Assembly (NCBI RefSeq): GCF_009914755.1
Contig: NC_060945.1
Direction: 5' to 3' (one strand)
Length of the DNA: 64,000 bases
DNA from: the human T2T-CHM13v2.0 reference genome, Homo sapiens
The position numbers were made by a program, and so were the translations under genes. The notes under the pieces were generated by a model. That model was not told the DNA's origin. It was given only the letters and a program-made list of their open reading frames with translations, and ran no database searches. Position 1 is the first letter of the stretch, and every line of letters starts with the position of its first letter. Positions 26,867 to 43,242 of the stretch are shown here, piece after piece.

Positions 26867-29800
26867 GTAGGGTGATTTTAATGATATTGACAGAAAAGAT
26901 ATTGGAACAATTCTATAAAATCAGAAGGTATATGTGTAGCTTTGGTGTGGATGGCAACTTTTTCTGTCTTCAGATAGAACTTCAGTGTAATATTGATTAT
27001 GTGTTTCAGCCATTATTTTTTAAATGCTGTTAAAGAAGAATGCCGTTTATTAAATTTGAAGGGATCTTATTTGGAATTTCAACTCAGCTGGGCCATAAAG
27101 ATGCAACTTATTGATAATAGTTTCTAATAGAAGGAACTTTAAAAATACTTTTAGTTCTGTGCTGCAGTAAATATAGAGCCTAAAATACAGTATAGTTTTG
27201 GGTATACAGTAACTAACATCTATTATTTCCTTCTAATATATTTATTTATTGATATTATTCATTGTATATATTTTTAACTGGATAAACATCAACATTTATG
27301 ACAGGAATTTTCCATGCTGGGGAATTTCTCATTTTGGTGTTTTTATTAATTGCTAACTCTTGTGGGATTCCTTTTTTCAAGTAGGACTTATTTCAGTAGT
27401 TTCATGGAAAAAATCTTAGAATTGTACTGTTGATTCTCAGTAAGTAAAGATAAATCTTCCTGTGTCTGCTTTACATCATGTACATTCTACCCTTTAAGAA
27501 TGAGTTCCATTTCTAAGTGAGATTTAAGTAAAACTGCATGGCAAAATGAGGATACTATAGGTACGAATTATTTATTGTTTTACAAATTTGCTACTTTCTG
27601 AAGTGTTTTTTAAAATTGCAAGATAAATAGTGGAGAAGTGTTAATTCACAATAGTAATTTGGAGTTTTAAGTTTCATGATTGAAATTGCTTCAAGTGAAG
27701 TTTTAAGTTTCATGATTTAAATGGATTAAAGTTTGGCTTTTTATAGGAATAATATCTTGATTTTAATCGTATAATTTTTAAACTGTAAGGCCAGGCTTTT
27801 AAGAAAATCATTTTTAATGTGAAAATTAGTCTCCTCTATATCAAACCCAGATATATTTTATTCTCTAAAGACAAGGTACACGAAAGGGAAAGTAGTTGTC
27901 AGATGGGATTTAGCTGTTTCTGCATGGCAAAGACGTGTGCAGTAAAACTAGGCCACTCTTTATATATGACTTTTTCTAAGTATTTTCTCCTTGACAGTTA
28001 TTTCTGCTCTACCATGAAAAGTTTTTCTTCTTAAACCAGTTGTTCTTTTTTCCAGTAAGTTTTGTTTTGTTTTGTTTTGAGTAGTTATATAATAATTATA
28101 TCATTCTGACTGAAAAGACTTTAGCAATGGAAATTTGAATCTCAAGTTTACTTTTGGTTGATATATTTACATTCTTTAAAGATACTGCTTCATATGTATT
28201 CCTGTTAAATTTTGCGTATCTCTCCTTCCTTGAAGACTTTTGTTTCAATTGAGAAACCAGGTTCAATACATTAGGACTCTCTTTCTGTAGACTTTATGTT
28301 CTGAAATATTGGGGAGGGGGGTGTATTTCCAGGCTTATTCCATCTTATATGAGCCATGTCCTAGTATTTTGTTGAGCTGCCTTTGAATTCCCAAATCCGA
28401 TGATAATCTTTCTATTTTTCTGCCCCTCTTGTTACTACTTCATCATTTGCTGCTAATCTTGTAAGCATTTTGTAGGCTGTGTTTTCCCTCCCTCCAGCTT
28501 TTTAGTTTTCCAATCTTGGTTTTAGTTATCTAGAAAACAGCCTTCACTTGATGATGAACCTGCTAATATAGTGCTGTTATTAGGGAGAGTATGAATTGAA
28601 TAGTACAAGATAGATCTTCCATTGGTGAGGCACTGGGACCATAACTTGCAGGAAATATTCTACAGTTAGCAGGAATGTGTATATACGTATATTAGAAATA
28701 CTGAAGTTCAGTATTCTGTTACATGAATTTCTTTGATATTAGGCATTTCCGTATTATACTTCTGTTTTTATTTACTGTTGTTTCTACATATTCTTCACAT
28801 CGGGGACCGGCTGTAAAATAAGCTGCATTTTCCTAGCTGTGATTGTGATGTAAGCAAGATTCTTTGGTTTCCAGTTATTCTTTTGTTAAAGTCACTGGCA
28901 TTTTCATATTTTGTTGAACATTACCAATTCTTTGGTCTTTACCAGTACAGTAAATACTAACCAAAGAAATGTAGATTTACCTTAAGTTCTGTTTCATGGT
29001 GGGCAAATTATTAAGTTGATTTTAATGATTTTCTATAATAGTATTATATGAGCTTTTCTAGGAATTCAATTCAAAATTAAACGAACATTTTAATAGGAAA
29101 CATCTGAAAGATCTAGTTTGTGATAGATAGTGATTGGATTATCAGATGTTATCTGGGGGTACAAGCTAGCCAACCAGTAGAACGGTGAGCCAGTGCTGTC
29201 TAATAGAAATATGATGCAGACCATATGTGTAATTTTAAATTTTCTAGTAGTTACACTTAAAAAAAAAGGTGAAATAAATTTTAATATATTTTATTTAACC
29301 TGGTATATTCAAAACAATATTTCAGCATTTAGTATAAAAATGAACAAGATGCTTTATACTTAAAACATCAGTTCTGGCTAGCTGCATTAGAAGTGCTCTG
29401 TGGTCACATATGATGGTGGCTGCCTTATTGCAAGATGCAAGACAAAACATTTTGAGAAATACAAAAACAGCAGTTCCAGAATTATTGGTGAAATTAAAAT
29501 ACCAAAAGAATTCAAGTTCGACAAACTAAGACTGTGGCTGTGCTTTCACAATTTTTAAGGACTGAAGTAGAAATATTCTTTTTCTGTTGTTCATGGAACA
29601 CATTTTAATGCAGATAATTGCTAAACCATTTGTTGCAACAACAAATCATTCACATCTTCAAGTATATTCAGTTTTAAATATATAATCCAAATAACCCAAT
29701 ATTAGAGATTTTCTGAAGGTGAGATGTTAAGACACAGAAAATGGAATTTATATCTCAGGTATTGGACATCCATTATGAAATATCAAATCATATAGAATTA

Positions 29801-30221
29801 TTTTCCTTTAAGGAGGTTAGTAATTAAAAGTTTAGTTTTTTGTATTTTTCCTTTCATATGGAATATTTCAGGTGCTATTTAGTTAGAAATATGATGCTTA
29901 TTTTCTTTATGACATGTTTGAGATATATCTCAAATGTATGATTTAGAACCTAACTGACTGCAGGAATAGTAACACATTTTTCTGATGGCTGTGAATAGAA
30001 TAAGATTCCTTTTGTTTTTTGTTTTTTTGCCTATTACAATAGATGCAGGATTTCACAAAGAAGAGGAAAAATTAGACATGATAAGGTAGAAGTAACAGAC
30101 AGCAAATTTGATATTGTTTCATACAAATTGTCCTAATGACCTAGTTGTATTTTCTCATCTTTTATTGAAGTTATATATTCATAAATAATTTAGTATTTCA
30201 TTTTTCAGCATTTAAAAATAT

Positions 30222-30358
30222 TTTTTATTTTTTTATAGAGATGGGGGTCTTGCTGTGTAGACCAGGCTGGTTACAAAGTCCTGGCCTCAAGTGATCCTCT
30301 AATCTCGGGTCTCCCAGAGTGCTGGGATTACAGGTGTGAGCCCCACAGCGCCTGGCCC
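30222..30358 (-). mobile_element. FLAM / Alu left monomer
   Basis: Single antisense monomer. Confidence 0.85.
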
Positions 30359-30944
30359 ATTTTCAACATTTCTATAGGTATATGTGCTTTGCGACTTGGG
30401 TTTAAGAAAGTGGTTATTGACACTGACACATATTGTAATCAACTCAGTAGATTTTAGAACATCAAGCTAATGACCCTACCCTAGACCAATTAAAATGCAC
30501 TTCTAGGATCATCTTTAACTGTAACCCTGAAAGTGGAGTCCTGAACTAGAGAAATGTGCTACTTGTCTTACTGATTTTTAAAAATGCATTAAAATTAATA
30601 CTATAAGGAATGCTCTTTAAAAATGTTGGAAAATAAAGTGGAAATTTTAAATTTGTCATATTAAATCATAACATTTGTTTTTATTTCTGTCTTCAGTCCA
30701 TTTCTCTCATTGCACAATTGTATTCCCATTCTAATTAGGAAATTCTGAGATAATAATCTTAGGTCTTCTTGTATGATTTACCCTGTATGTATCATCACGT
30801 CTTATAGAAAGATATTGAATGTAATCACACTACTATGATCTACTTCAGACACCCTCATGTTCTAATTGCTTTCATGGTGGTATTGAAAGTTTTTATTAAG
30901 CATTTTATGAAACGTATTATTTGCAGTAGATATTTATTTTACTT

Positions 30945-31240
30945 TTATTTATTTCTTTGAGATTGAGTCTTGCTCTGTCACCCAGGCTGGAGTTGTGGCA
31001 CGACCTCGCTCACTGCAGCCTCTGCCTGCCTGGCTCAAGCAGTTCTCCTGTCTCAGCTTCCTGAGTAGCGGGGACTACAGGCACACGTCAACACACCTGG
31101 CTAATTTTTTTTATATTTTTAGTAGAGATGGTGTTTCGCCATATTGGTTAGGCTGGTCTCGAAATCCTGACCTCAGGTGATCCACCTGCCTTGTCTTCCC
31201 TAAGTGCTGGGATTACAGGGGTGAGCCACCACGCCCAGCC
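30945..31240 (-). mobile_element. AluS-like
   Basis: Full antisense Alu. Confidence 0.93.
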
Positions 31241-33243
31241 TGCAGTAAATATTTCAAGAAAATTTCATAAATGGAAACATAGGTACTGTATTTTGATATC
31301 TCTTGGACAAATTATTAGAAGTTTACTTTATATAAGAAGAGTACTTTCAGTTTTAAAAGTAGCCAGAGAACCATAGTGTTAAACCTAAAAAATACCTACC
31401 CCTTTGGAACACCAAGCTAACAACACAGCAGATTAGAAGTACCAGACTTTGCTTTTAGTTCACTTGTGCTTGTTGTGGTATTTTTGGAGACATTACTGTT
31501 GCTAGCACTACCTAATTTGTATTGTGAAATTATTGAAGGCTAAAGCTGATAATAGCTGTTCCTGTAGTTATCAAAACAGGATTGGGTCTAATTTCTTGTT
31601 CTACTTGATATTGAACTCAATTTTATATATGAGACTTCTTTTAAGAATTCCCAAAAGAGTGAAGTGTTTGCTGCTGTAACTCCAGTGTATACAAGTGATT
31701 GTATTTACCAAAAAGACAAACTGTAAATTCTTTTGTTTCTTTTACCAGTTATCTTCCTTTCTGCCTTCTGTCTTCATTGCTTTCACTTTTCCTAAATTAG
31801 ACTTACTGTTTATAAGCAACCTTGGTTTTACATAGTATGTTGGAAGAGTGTGGGGCCGGGGTTGATTTAAGATTTGGAGGTGTAAAGTTTGCCTTTGAGA
31901 CATCAAACCTTCTATGGCTGCTTTTAAAACTGATAGTACTCTTGGGCTGTAAGAATGACTTTGATCGTATTTAACAATCAGCAATAGAATTTGACTTTTA
32001 ATAGAAAGTTGCTTCTAAATAGACTATCCTCCACTTGTCATTATTGTTCTCATTTCCCCATCCCACAGTCCTTGTATAATTTACTAGCTTGGACAGTTTA
32101 CCTGAGAAATTGGCCTCAAAGCAGAAAGAAACTTAATGCTAATATTAAACTATTTTTGGGTTAAATTATTTTTCTTGGGTTCAAATTCAGTCCCTGCCAG
32201 GTAGTGTTTTTTTAGTTTCTGTAGTATTTGATAGCAAGTTGATTCTATTTACAACTTAATAATGATTACATTAGGAACTATTTTGCTTTTAATTCAGTTT
32301 GTAGATTAAGGAGGCATTATATAGATTTTTTAGTAATTTTTAGTAACTTTTTTTTAAGTGAAGAAATTCAAGATTCTAGGTTATTACTGGTGGAGGCATT
32401 AGTGTGTTTCATATCATAGCTCATTGTTTATTGATGAATTCATACACACATGCAAAAAAAGATAATAGATGCTCAGCAGAAAAAAAGTTCAGTAAGTGCT
32501 GAACAGGGTGCTTAACGTAGCAGTGGACAGAAAGGGGCATGATCTTTAATTACTGTGTAAAAAGTGCTGCAACTGGATTGTAGGAGAAGAGCCCATACAT
32601 TACAGGGGCAGGTAACCTTTTCTGAATGGTTTGTGTAAATTCTTGATCAAAGCTAAGATCTGAAGGATAATTTAAACTTTGATAATTATAGCTATATTTT
32701 AGTTTTAAGGCCTAAGGAATATACTAGATAATTTGTCAGAATATCTAAGTATAATGATAATTTTTCTTCAGAACTATAAAATTACACAAAGTCTGTCTTT
32801 TCAAAGTGAGATAAAATTTTGGCATCAAAGCTAACTTTTAAATTATGATGAATAATACATAATTACCAGAAAATTCTTATTTCTGAAATAAAATTATTCA
32901 ACATTATTTTTATCTTAGAGTATGACTTTCTGTCTCATATTTTTTAGAACTGTCTACTGCCAACATAATATTAAACTATTGACTAAAAGAATTTAAGATG
33001 TATGTTAGCCAAATCTCAGAGAAAAACCAATGGAAATATTGAGAGAAGTAATTTAGGTATCTCTTGCCCCACTGCCTACCACTAAATAAAATTACAAACA
33101 ATAAAACGTCCTAGGTGGTGATGCAATGAGAGGCACTAATGGTGTGGTAAGAGAGATGATGGTTCACTGGGAGCACTAAGGAAAGGTCTCCTGATGAGAA
33201 AATACGTAAGGCCATACCTGAAGGGTTAGAAAACGCCAGACAT

Positions 33244-33538
33244 GGCTGGCCGTGGTGGATCACATCTGTAATCCCAGCACTTTGGGATGCCAAGCCTGGT
33301 GGATCACAAGGTCAGGTGTTTGAGACCAGCCTGACCAACATGTTATTGCTCCTAAAATACAAAAATTAGCTGGGCCTGGTGGTGCATGCCTGTAATCCCA
33401 GCTACTCAGGAGGCTTGAGGCAGGAGAATTGCTTGAACCTGGGAGGTAGAGGTTGCAGTGAGCCAAGATCACACCACCACACTCTAGCCTGGGTGACAGA
33501 GTGAGACTCCATCTCAAAAAATAAAGAAAGAAAGAAAA
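33244..33538 (+). mobile_element. AluS-like within a degraded L2 (about 33130-34600)
   Basis: Sense Alu; TSD aaaacgccagac / aaaatgccagac; flanks show L2 motifs. Confidence 0.9.
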
Positions 33539-35878
33539 TGCCAGACTTTTATTGAAGGGCCAGAATGGTATAGTGAAGTGTTCTGAGTCAGCTGGGCTCT
33601 GATTGATACAGAGCTTGGCATGTTTGAAGGACAGCAAGGAAGCCAGAATAGCTGGAGCATAGCAGCAGGGAGACAAGTGCCACAAGATGAGTTGGAGAAA
33701 GGCACTGGGAAAGGTTTGTATTTTAAGTGCTCTGAGAAGCAATTGAAGGTTTGAAATAGAATAGTGACTTGCTTGATCACATTTGTACTTTTGAAAAGTT
33801 CCTCTGGCTGCTGTGGGGAAAGGTTTGAGTAGATGCAGGGTGGGAGAAGCATAACCAGCAGTAGACTCTTGTAGCAGGTTAGTTGAGAGATGGTGGTGGC
33901 CACGAGTGTGCTACTAATGGTGGAAGTGACAAGAAGTAGAAGGATTGGAGACAAAACTTGAAGATAAAAAGTCTTGAATTTGCTGATGATTTGCATTGAT
34001 GAAGTGTTGGGGGAGAGGACTGAAGGAGCAGAGGAGAGTGACAAGGGACTGGATGCCATTTATAAGGATGGGGAAGACTGGGATGAAAGCGGTTAAGGGA
34101 GAAATTTTAAACATGGCAAACTTAAGAGGGGTTTTGTGTGAGAAAATGGAAATGCTAAGAAGGAAGTTGAAAATCCTTCTAATTTGGAGATCTTTGATTA
34201 AAACCAGAAATAAGAATGTGGGAAGCATCAACTTCCAAGATGCCCTCATTGTAGATAATATCATTTAGGATCTAGGCTCAAGCCCTGGGAAACTCCAGGG
34301 CTTTGGAAGTCAAATAGAGGAAGAACACGTACAGGAGGTGAAGAAAGATTAGCGAAGAAGTCAGTGAAATATCCACAGGTGGACTGCTGCCAAATCCAGC
34401 AGAACAGTATGCCAGATGTCAGGAGCATGAGTAAAATGAGAAAAGAGAAATGGCTTTTGACAACACCTCCCTACTAATAGTAGGGAAGAAGACATAGGTA
34501 CAGATTCAAGTTGATTGGAAATTATGAAAGTGAGGTAATTGACCTGCAGTGGTTGCTGCTCAGTGAAATCAGCATAGTGATTACCTGAGCTAGGTTAGAG
34601 ATTTGATGGGTAAGAAAGAACACCTGAGGGTAATCCTGGAGGGAGAAAAATAAAGTGTTTGCTGGAGAGAATGAGTTGGATTGCTGGACTTCAATGTGTG
34701 CGGGTTGAGTTTGTGACTTAAAAATGAAACCAGTCTATTGCTTGTGTGGCTTTTCTCAAAATACTGTTATTCCATTACCTATCTCTTACCCCAAGAGTAG
34801 TCACATTCTTATTTCTGGTTATTTTAATTCCTGGTGTTATTTTTATGTGATTAATGAGATAGTACTTGTTAATTTGATGATATTCTAGAAACCTGGTAAG
34901 TACTATGTACCTTAAGTTTTGGTTACTTGATTGGTAAAATTATGCATGCACCATTGAATTACCTAATTCAAAATATATTCTTTTATTGTTTGACATTTGT
35001 CTTGTTTTTCTTTAAAATGTTATCTTTGTGGAGTAAACATTTTTCTTTATGCTGTTTAGCATCTTCAGATTAGTTCAGGGTATTGCTGAATGTGGTTGTT
35101 CAGAAGTAAAATGCTTTAGTTTTAGTTATATAGATTTTAATAAGATAGTACTTTCTACATAATTTATCAGGCACTTTAGGCATTTTAATTTGCAAATTTA
35201 GGACAATTTGCTTTAACGTTTCTTCACTTTTGTCCATTGGATGTAATTTCCATAAAGTATTCATTTCCCTAAGTAAAAACCGAAACCAAACCGACAACTA
35301 ATGGTCACTGAAGAAAGAGTGATTAAATGCTAAGATTATAATGGTATTTGCATTTTAATGTTACCAGCTATATACAGTTAAAAGTGTATGCATTTATCGA
35401 TTGCTTATGTTTCTCATTGCATTCTTTGGCCTACTGGTTTTTGTTGTTTATAGCTATAGAATATAGAATTCCTTATGGTTATCCATTTCTCCTTTTAAGT
35501 AGAGTGATAGTTGTTAGAAGAAAAATAACCCCCCAATACTTTCTTCTAGTGTTAATTCTTAAAGTGTGATTGACGTTTATTTACTTTTTGGTGCAGTAAT
35601 TGCAGTTCATGAGTCAATGTTGATGTCATATAAACCTTAATTTTTAATGTTTCATTGTAGTGATGTCTCTGTAGCAGCAAACATTTAAGTTATTTGTTAT
35701 AGTTAAATGTTTAAATCACTGTTAGTGATTAGCTTATTTTGCCTTCCTTGAAGCAATTTGTCCTAAATTTCCATACGTTTGCATTTGTTTTTGCTGTCCT
35801 AAAATTCCTTAGTTGCTGGCTTTGACCTTTTATGTTGCTGAGTTTTACACATCTATTTTCTCAACTGCCATATCTTAG

Positions 35879-35998
35879 GAGGCTTGGAGTACCCATAATA
35901 CAGTGAGCCCACCCTCCTGGTCCCCAGACATTTCAGGAGGTCAGGAAATTTTTAAACCCAGGCAGCTTCCTGGCAGTGCAATTTGGAGCATCAAAGTG
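35879..35998 (+). pseudogene. KMT2C: KMT2C-like exon 15 (120 bp)
   Basis: cttag|GAGGCTTGG...AAAGTG|gtacat; EAWSTHNTVSPPSWSPDISGGQEIFKPRQLPGSAIWSIKV. Confidence 0.93.
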
Positions 35999-36903
35999 GT
36001 ACATAAAATTACATTTACATTCATATATCATTTCTGTCTGATTTGTTTTGCCCTACTGGATGTTAAGAATTAAATCTTTCTTTTCTAGATTGAGTTTCCA
36101 GAAACACTTTTTAAATCTAAAAATTTTAATGTAAAGAAATAATATGCTTGCATTTAAAAATCAAGTATACATTTTTAATACCTCTTTTATGGTTAATTCC
36201 TTTTGTTGTGATTACTACTGGTTTTATGAGGGAGAAGTCCTTGACATGTAGACCAAAAGGTAATTAAGGATCTTTTCATTCATGATATCATAAAACTTTG
36301 TTGCTTAGAAAAAAGCAAAAGAAAAAACTCCATTAATTTATTATGTTCTCATGGAGAAGAAATACCAAAATTGTGGCAGATTTCATTGTCTGTTTAATAC
36401 CTTAAAATCACAAGGCTTTTTCCCCCATGACATTGGTTGATGGCTCTGCCAGTCCTTGAAGTGAGTTAAGTAGTGTGATACATTTTGAAGAGAAAAAAAT
36501 TACTTTGAAAAAGTATTAACTCAAAAGTTAAAAAACTTCATTGACTGGAGATGACAGTTTTTCTTCATATTCTATATTTAATATTCTGGAATATGGCTGT
36601 TTAATTTAGACTAATGAAGGATTTTAAGGAATTCTAGATTATACTATATTTTCTTTCATGACTGGAAGAACTATTTTTTTAACCTCCCTACCTCCCCCTG
36701 ATATCATCTAAGATATTGAAGTATAAATATGCCTCATTTGACAGTTTGATAATATAGACCACCAGTTTTTACTTAATTTTTTTCTGGGTCAGAATTTCAT
36801 GTTGGAGAAAATAAATTGAGAGACTACTGTAGTCTTGATTTTTAATCACTGACTTAATTTTTCAAAAATCTTTTATACCAATTTAATAACACAAAACAAA
36901 CTC

Positions 36904-37212
36904 GGCTGGGCGCAGTGGCTCATTCCTGTAATCCCAGCACTTTGGGAGGCTGAGGGGGCAGATCACTTGAGGTCAGGAGTTCGAGGCCAACCTGGCCAAC
37001 ATGGTGAAACCCTGTCTCTACTAAAAATACAAAGAAATTTAGCCGCGCGTGGTGTCATGTGCCTGTAATCACAGCTGCTAGGGAAGCTGAGCAGGAGAAT
37101 TGTTTGAACCCAGGAGACGGAGGTTGCAGTGAACCAAGATCGCACCATCGCACTCCAGCCTGGGCAAAGAAGTGAGACTCCGTCTCAAAAACAAACAAAA
37201 AACCCAAAAAAC
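36904..37212 (+). mobile_element. AluSx-like
   Basis: Full sense Alu. Confidence 0.94.
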
Positions 37213-37835
37213 TAACCTGACCCCATCCATCCGTTGTGCAAAGAACCTGATGCACTTCTCTAAAGGGATCTCAAGGAGAGCAGGGTAAGAGAAGACAGGA
37301 GTGGCAGTTTGAAACTGGGAGCTGGCTGTATTTATTACATCCAAAGGGAGAAAAGCCATTCCTCCCGTTCCTTTTGTTCATGTGTATCTATTTTATGTTT
37401 ACAGTATCACCATAAATTTTTCACTTGGAAACCATTCTGCTAAATAGGGAATAAGTTCATTTCAAACTATGATAAGGGACATCAGTTGAAGATATGACAT
37501 ATTATTTAACTTATCATGAGGGAAACATCTAAGTATTTTCCTGAGCATCTGGATAATTTTAAATATACATAATTCTTCTACTTAGGTAGGTGCCAGGTTT
37601 CTTCAAGGAGTAATTAATTAGTACAAACAAGGGTGAGGGGGCAGGGAACACCATACTCTGGTACTTAATGTCTGAAATTATCAGGGAATTTAACACATTT
37701 TCCCATAGATTTATTTCTTGTGTAAGAAGTCAGATAAATTATTTCCATTTCAAGTATTTATTATTCAGATTATTTAAAGCAAAGCTTTCACAAAGCCTTT
37801 TGTCAGCTTTCCTGTAATCCTCAAATAATTTTTCC

Positions 37836-38013
37836 TGGCTGGATGCTTTGGCTTACTCCCATAATCCTGGCACTTTGGGAGGCAGAAGCAGGAGGATCAC
37901 TTGAGCCCAAGAGTTCTAGGCTGCAGTGAGCTGTGATCACACCACTGCAGTCCAACCTGAGTGACAGATCAAGTTCTTGTCTCAAAAATAAAAGTAATAA
38001 CAATAATAATAAA
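37836..38013 (+). mobile_element. Monomeric Alu (FRAM/FAM-like)
   Basis: Single monomer with A/(TAA) tail; flanks aatttttcct / aaattttcct. Confidence 0.8.
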
Positions 38014-38179
38014 TTTTCCTCTAAATACAATGGTGAATGAGGTAGAAATGTTGAGTTCATAAGAGAACTGTTGAATAGTGAAGGAAACTGACTTAATTTT
38101 AATGACAGGAAGAATACTGTCACACACTAGCAAAAATGAACTTTCATGCTGATGTAGCAGTACAGAATATGCTTCCAAC

Positions 38180-38358
38180 CCAGGGACGCTGGAGCCAGGC
38201 TTGCTAGCTAAGTGACCTTGGACAAGTTACTTAACTATTTTATTCCTCAGCACACTCATCTCAAATGAGGATAATAAAACCTACTATATGGGATGGATGA
38301 GAGTAAAAAATACTTAGATTAGTACATAGTAAGTACTCAATAGATGTTAGCTATTACT
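38180..38358 (+). mobile_element. MIR
   Basis: gtgaccttggacaagttacttaac core; aagtactcaatagatgttagctatt tail. Confidence 0.8.
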
Positions 38359-38756
38359 GTAATCAATGCAAGACCAGTTAATGAGAGAGTTTTTCCTTAT
38401 CCTTACTCTATATTGAATACGATTTGTTGCACTTCGAAATATCTGGATCAGGCTACAGTTGTTGTCGTCACCGAGAATGTAGGAGTGGGAAAGAGAAAAA
38501 TCATGCAAAGGCTTGCTGATAGCGTTCACATTGACAGGCCTAAAGTATGATTCTAAGGTTGTAAGCATTTTATATTTAGATTTTTAAGTTGTGGAGTATA
38601 CTTTTAAAGATAAAAATAATAAGCCAGGTCTTTTACTACTTATCTAAAGAAGTGTTTGTATAACATTTAATAAAATGTTTTATCTCAGTGGCATTTGGAT
38701 TTAAAAATTATTTTGGGCTGTTACAGAATGTTGACTTTTCCTAATCTGTTACATAG

Positions 38757-38873
38757 GGCCATGGGTCTGGATTTCCAAGAAAGCGGAGACCTTGAGGTGC
38801 AGGACTGTCGGGGCGAGGTGGCCGAGGCAGGTCAAAGCTGAAAAGTGGAATCGGAGCTGTTGTATTGCCTGGG
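38757..38873 (+). pseudogene. KMT2C: KMT2C-like exon 16 (117 bp, RG-rich) with nonsense codon
   Basis: catag|GGCCAT...CCTGGG|gtgagg; GHGSGFPRKRRP*GAGLSGRGGRGRSKLKSGIGAVVLPG; TGA at 38793-38795. Confidence 0.93.
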
Positions 38874-39787
38874 GTGAGGCTTGCTTCATGTATATTTTCT
38901 CTAATCTAAATGTCAGTTAATGATGAAAGTCTCATAGCAAGTTAATTTGATCTTATGAGTCATATAAATAGGTCAAAATGTTTATTTTACTGTCCTACTT
39001 TTCTTTTTTTTTGAGCCTCTGGTTACATTTTCTTGTATATTTACTTTCTCATCCTTTCTCTTTTCTTACCTTCCTCTTTGACTCCTTATCTTTCTATGCC
39101 AACCCTCTCTAAAAAGTCATTATGTAATATAGTAGCTCTTTTATTTAAAAAATTTTAAGATTGATAGATATTTGCTTACTATCATGTTATGAAGCTTTAT
39201 TTGTATGTGTATTACAAATACATTTGCTAACTACTAGCAAATATTTTATGTAATAACTTCGCTATTTTATTAAAATCCTGTTTTTAAAATTCTGAAATGT
39301 CATTTTAAGTATAGGAGACAGGTGAAATTGTTCAAGTTTACTACTAAACGAGGAATAAGGAAGCTTAGATTCTCGTCCTTTTTTCAAAAAGAAAAATTTT
39401 AAAACCAGGCTTATTGAGGTATAGTTGACATAAGCTATATTTGACTTGACATGTACAATTCCATCAGCTTTGATATATATATATACACCCTTGAAAACGA
39501 TACCACAATCATGACAGTGAATATATTCATCTCCCAACGTTTCTTCATGTCCCTCTGTAATTTTCTGCATTCCCCCTGCCATCCGTCCTTGTCCCCAAGA
39601 TTAGTTTGCATTTTCTAGAGTTGTATATAAGTGGAATCATACAGAACTGTATGCTTTTTGGACTGATTTATTTCAGCACAATTATTTGGAGATTCATCTA
39701 TGCTGTTGTATTTGTTAACGGTGTACTCCCTTTTCTTGCTGTGTATTAATTAAACTGTGGATGCACAACAGTTGTAGACCTGTGCAC

Positions 39788-40091
<304 letters not shown>

Positions 40092-40282
40092 TAATGTCTT
40101 CATCTGGTTTTGGTATCAGCATAACTCCAGCTTCATAGAATGAATCAGAAAGTATATTCTCCTCTTCAGTTTTCTGAAAAAGTTGTGTAGTAGTGGAAAT
40201 GTATCTTCTTATATTATACATGAATTTATTAGTGAAACCATCTTGGCCTGAAATTTTCTTTGTGGGGGGTTTTTGTTGTGTT

Positions 40283-40836
<554 letters not shown>

Positions 40837-42513
40837 TGTGGGACAGTTTTTAACAAAAAATTTTATTTCTTTAATAGGTACCTATTTAGGTTATCTGTCT
40901 CTCCTTTCATAAATTTGCATCTTTCAAGAAATTTGTTCATTTCATCTATCTTGACAAATTAAAGGAATGGAGTTGACCATAATGTTTCTTATTATTTTAG
41001 TACCTGTAGAATCTGTAGTGATTTCACCTTCCTCATTCTTGATACTAATAATTTGTATCTTGTCTTATTTTTTTCCTGATCAGTCTGGCTAGAGATTTAT
41101 CAATCTTATTGATCTTCTTGAGTCAGCCTTTGTTTTCATGGACTTTTCTCTATTTTCTTTCCCCTTTCTGTTTTATTGATTTATATTCTCATCTTTATTT
41201 CTTCCTATCTTCTCACTTTGAGTTTAATTTGATCTTCTTTTTTTGTTTACTCTTACGTGTCCCTGCTTGGAAGGGACACTTGTGAAGTTTAGGTCAGAGC
41301 TTTCTATTCTCCTTGGCTTATATCTGTCGTCTAGGAAAATGATATTTCTATCACCTTCTGGATAAATCACACTATTATCTATGCAGGCAACAATAGCACA
41401 TATTTTCTCAAAGACTACCTTTGCCCTCAAGTTAGGTTTTATTTTTCTAGCAGTCTAAAGGTCATGAAATCAATTATAAAATAAAAACAGTGGGTCTTCA
41501 AGCTAGATGATACTGTTTTCTTTCTTGCATGGACAATTATTTTAAAATGTTTTGGTTTTTCTGCACTTATTATTTAAATATGACTCCCCACCCCCACTTG
41601 AATCTAGGGACATTGTAGTTTTCTACTGCAGACTTTATTTCCAGTTTATACTGGGAATATATTGTTTATATCATTTTCAGTGAAAGCATTCACTGGTTAA
41701 ATTTCCTTTTAAAAATAATAATGGATCTTTACAATTTCTTTGAGCTGCTCAGTGTGTATAATGTGTTGAATTTTCTGTAAGTGGTTGGGAGGTAGAAATA
41801 GATACTTTATCTCTATTTTAGCCATTTCCAAAATTATATAACTCAATAGTCTTGTCAATGCATCATTAGTCCTATGACTGAATTAATGATTACTTTTAGT
41901 AGTCACTTAATTTCTTACTGATGATGATGATTCTACTTCTGTGAATCATCTTGGATGATTCTCTAAAATCTTAGAAAGCTGATTTTGTTAATGCTATGCA
42001 TATAACACATTAATACATTTTCTCTATTAAAAGAATTAAAGCGTTATAGGTAGATCAGAATTTACCATTACTAACTCCTCAGTCCTCCTTATTTCCCTGT
42101 TACCAGTTTGGTATATTTATATATTAGGTTGATCCATATGAAATTGCCAATATTATTTCTGAACTGATGAAAAGCAGCAATTTCTTATGAGTCAACCTAT
42201 TATATGTGCCCATAGACTACATATAATGAATTTGCATGTTTTTATATTATAGTGCTATACCTCAAATACTGTTCTGCAATTTATTTTTTCACTCAACAGT
42301 GTCTTTTGATAATTTCTTTCATGGCAATCTATACAAGTTTCTACCTCCCTACTTTTAAAATGTTTCGTACTTTCCTAATGTTTGGATTTGTCATTGCTTT
42401 ACTTACTCCCTAATGATTAATATTGGCATTATTAACACTTGTAGTCATTAGGGTTCATATGACTATAAATTGCTCTTATAAAGCATTAGTACTATCCATT
42501 GAAACTGCTTTTA

Positions 42514-42876
<363 letters not shown>

Positions 42877-42905
42877 CTATTTAGTTAACCAACCAAACTT
42901 CCTTC

Positions 42906-43242
<337 letters not shown>

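Noticed and set aside
33260-34268. Cluster of 90-181 aa ORFs
   Set aside because: They lie in Alu and degraded L2 sequence, are low in complexity and have no splice or domain support.
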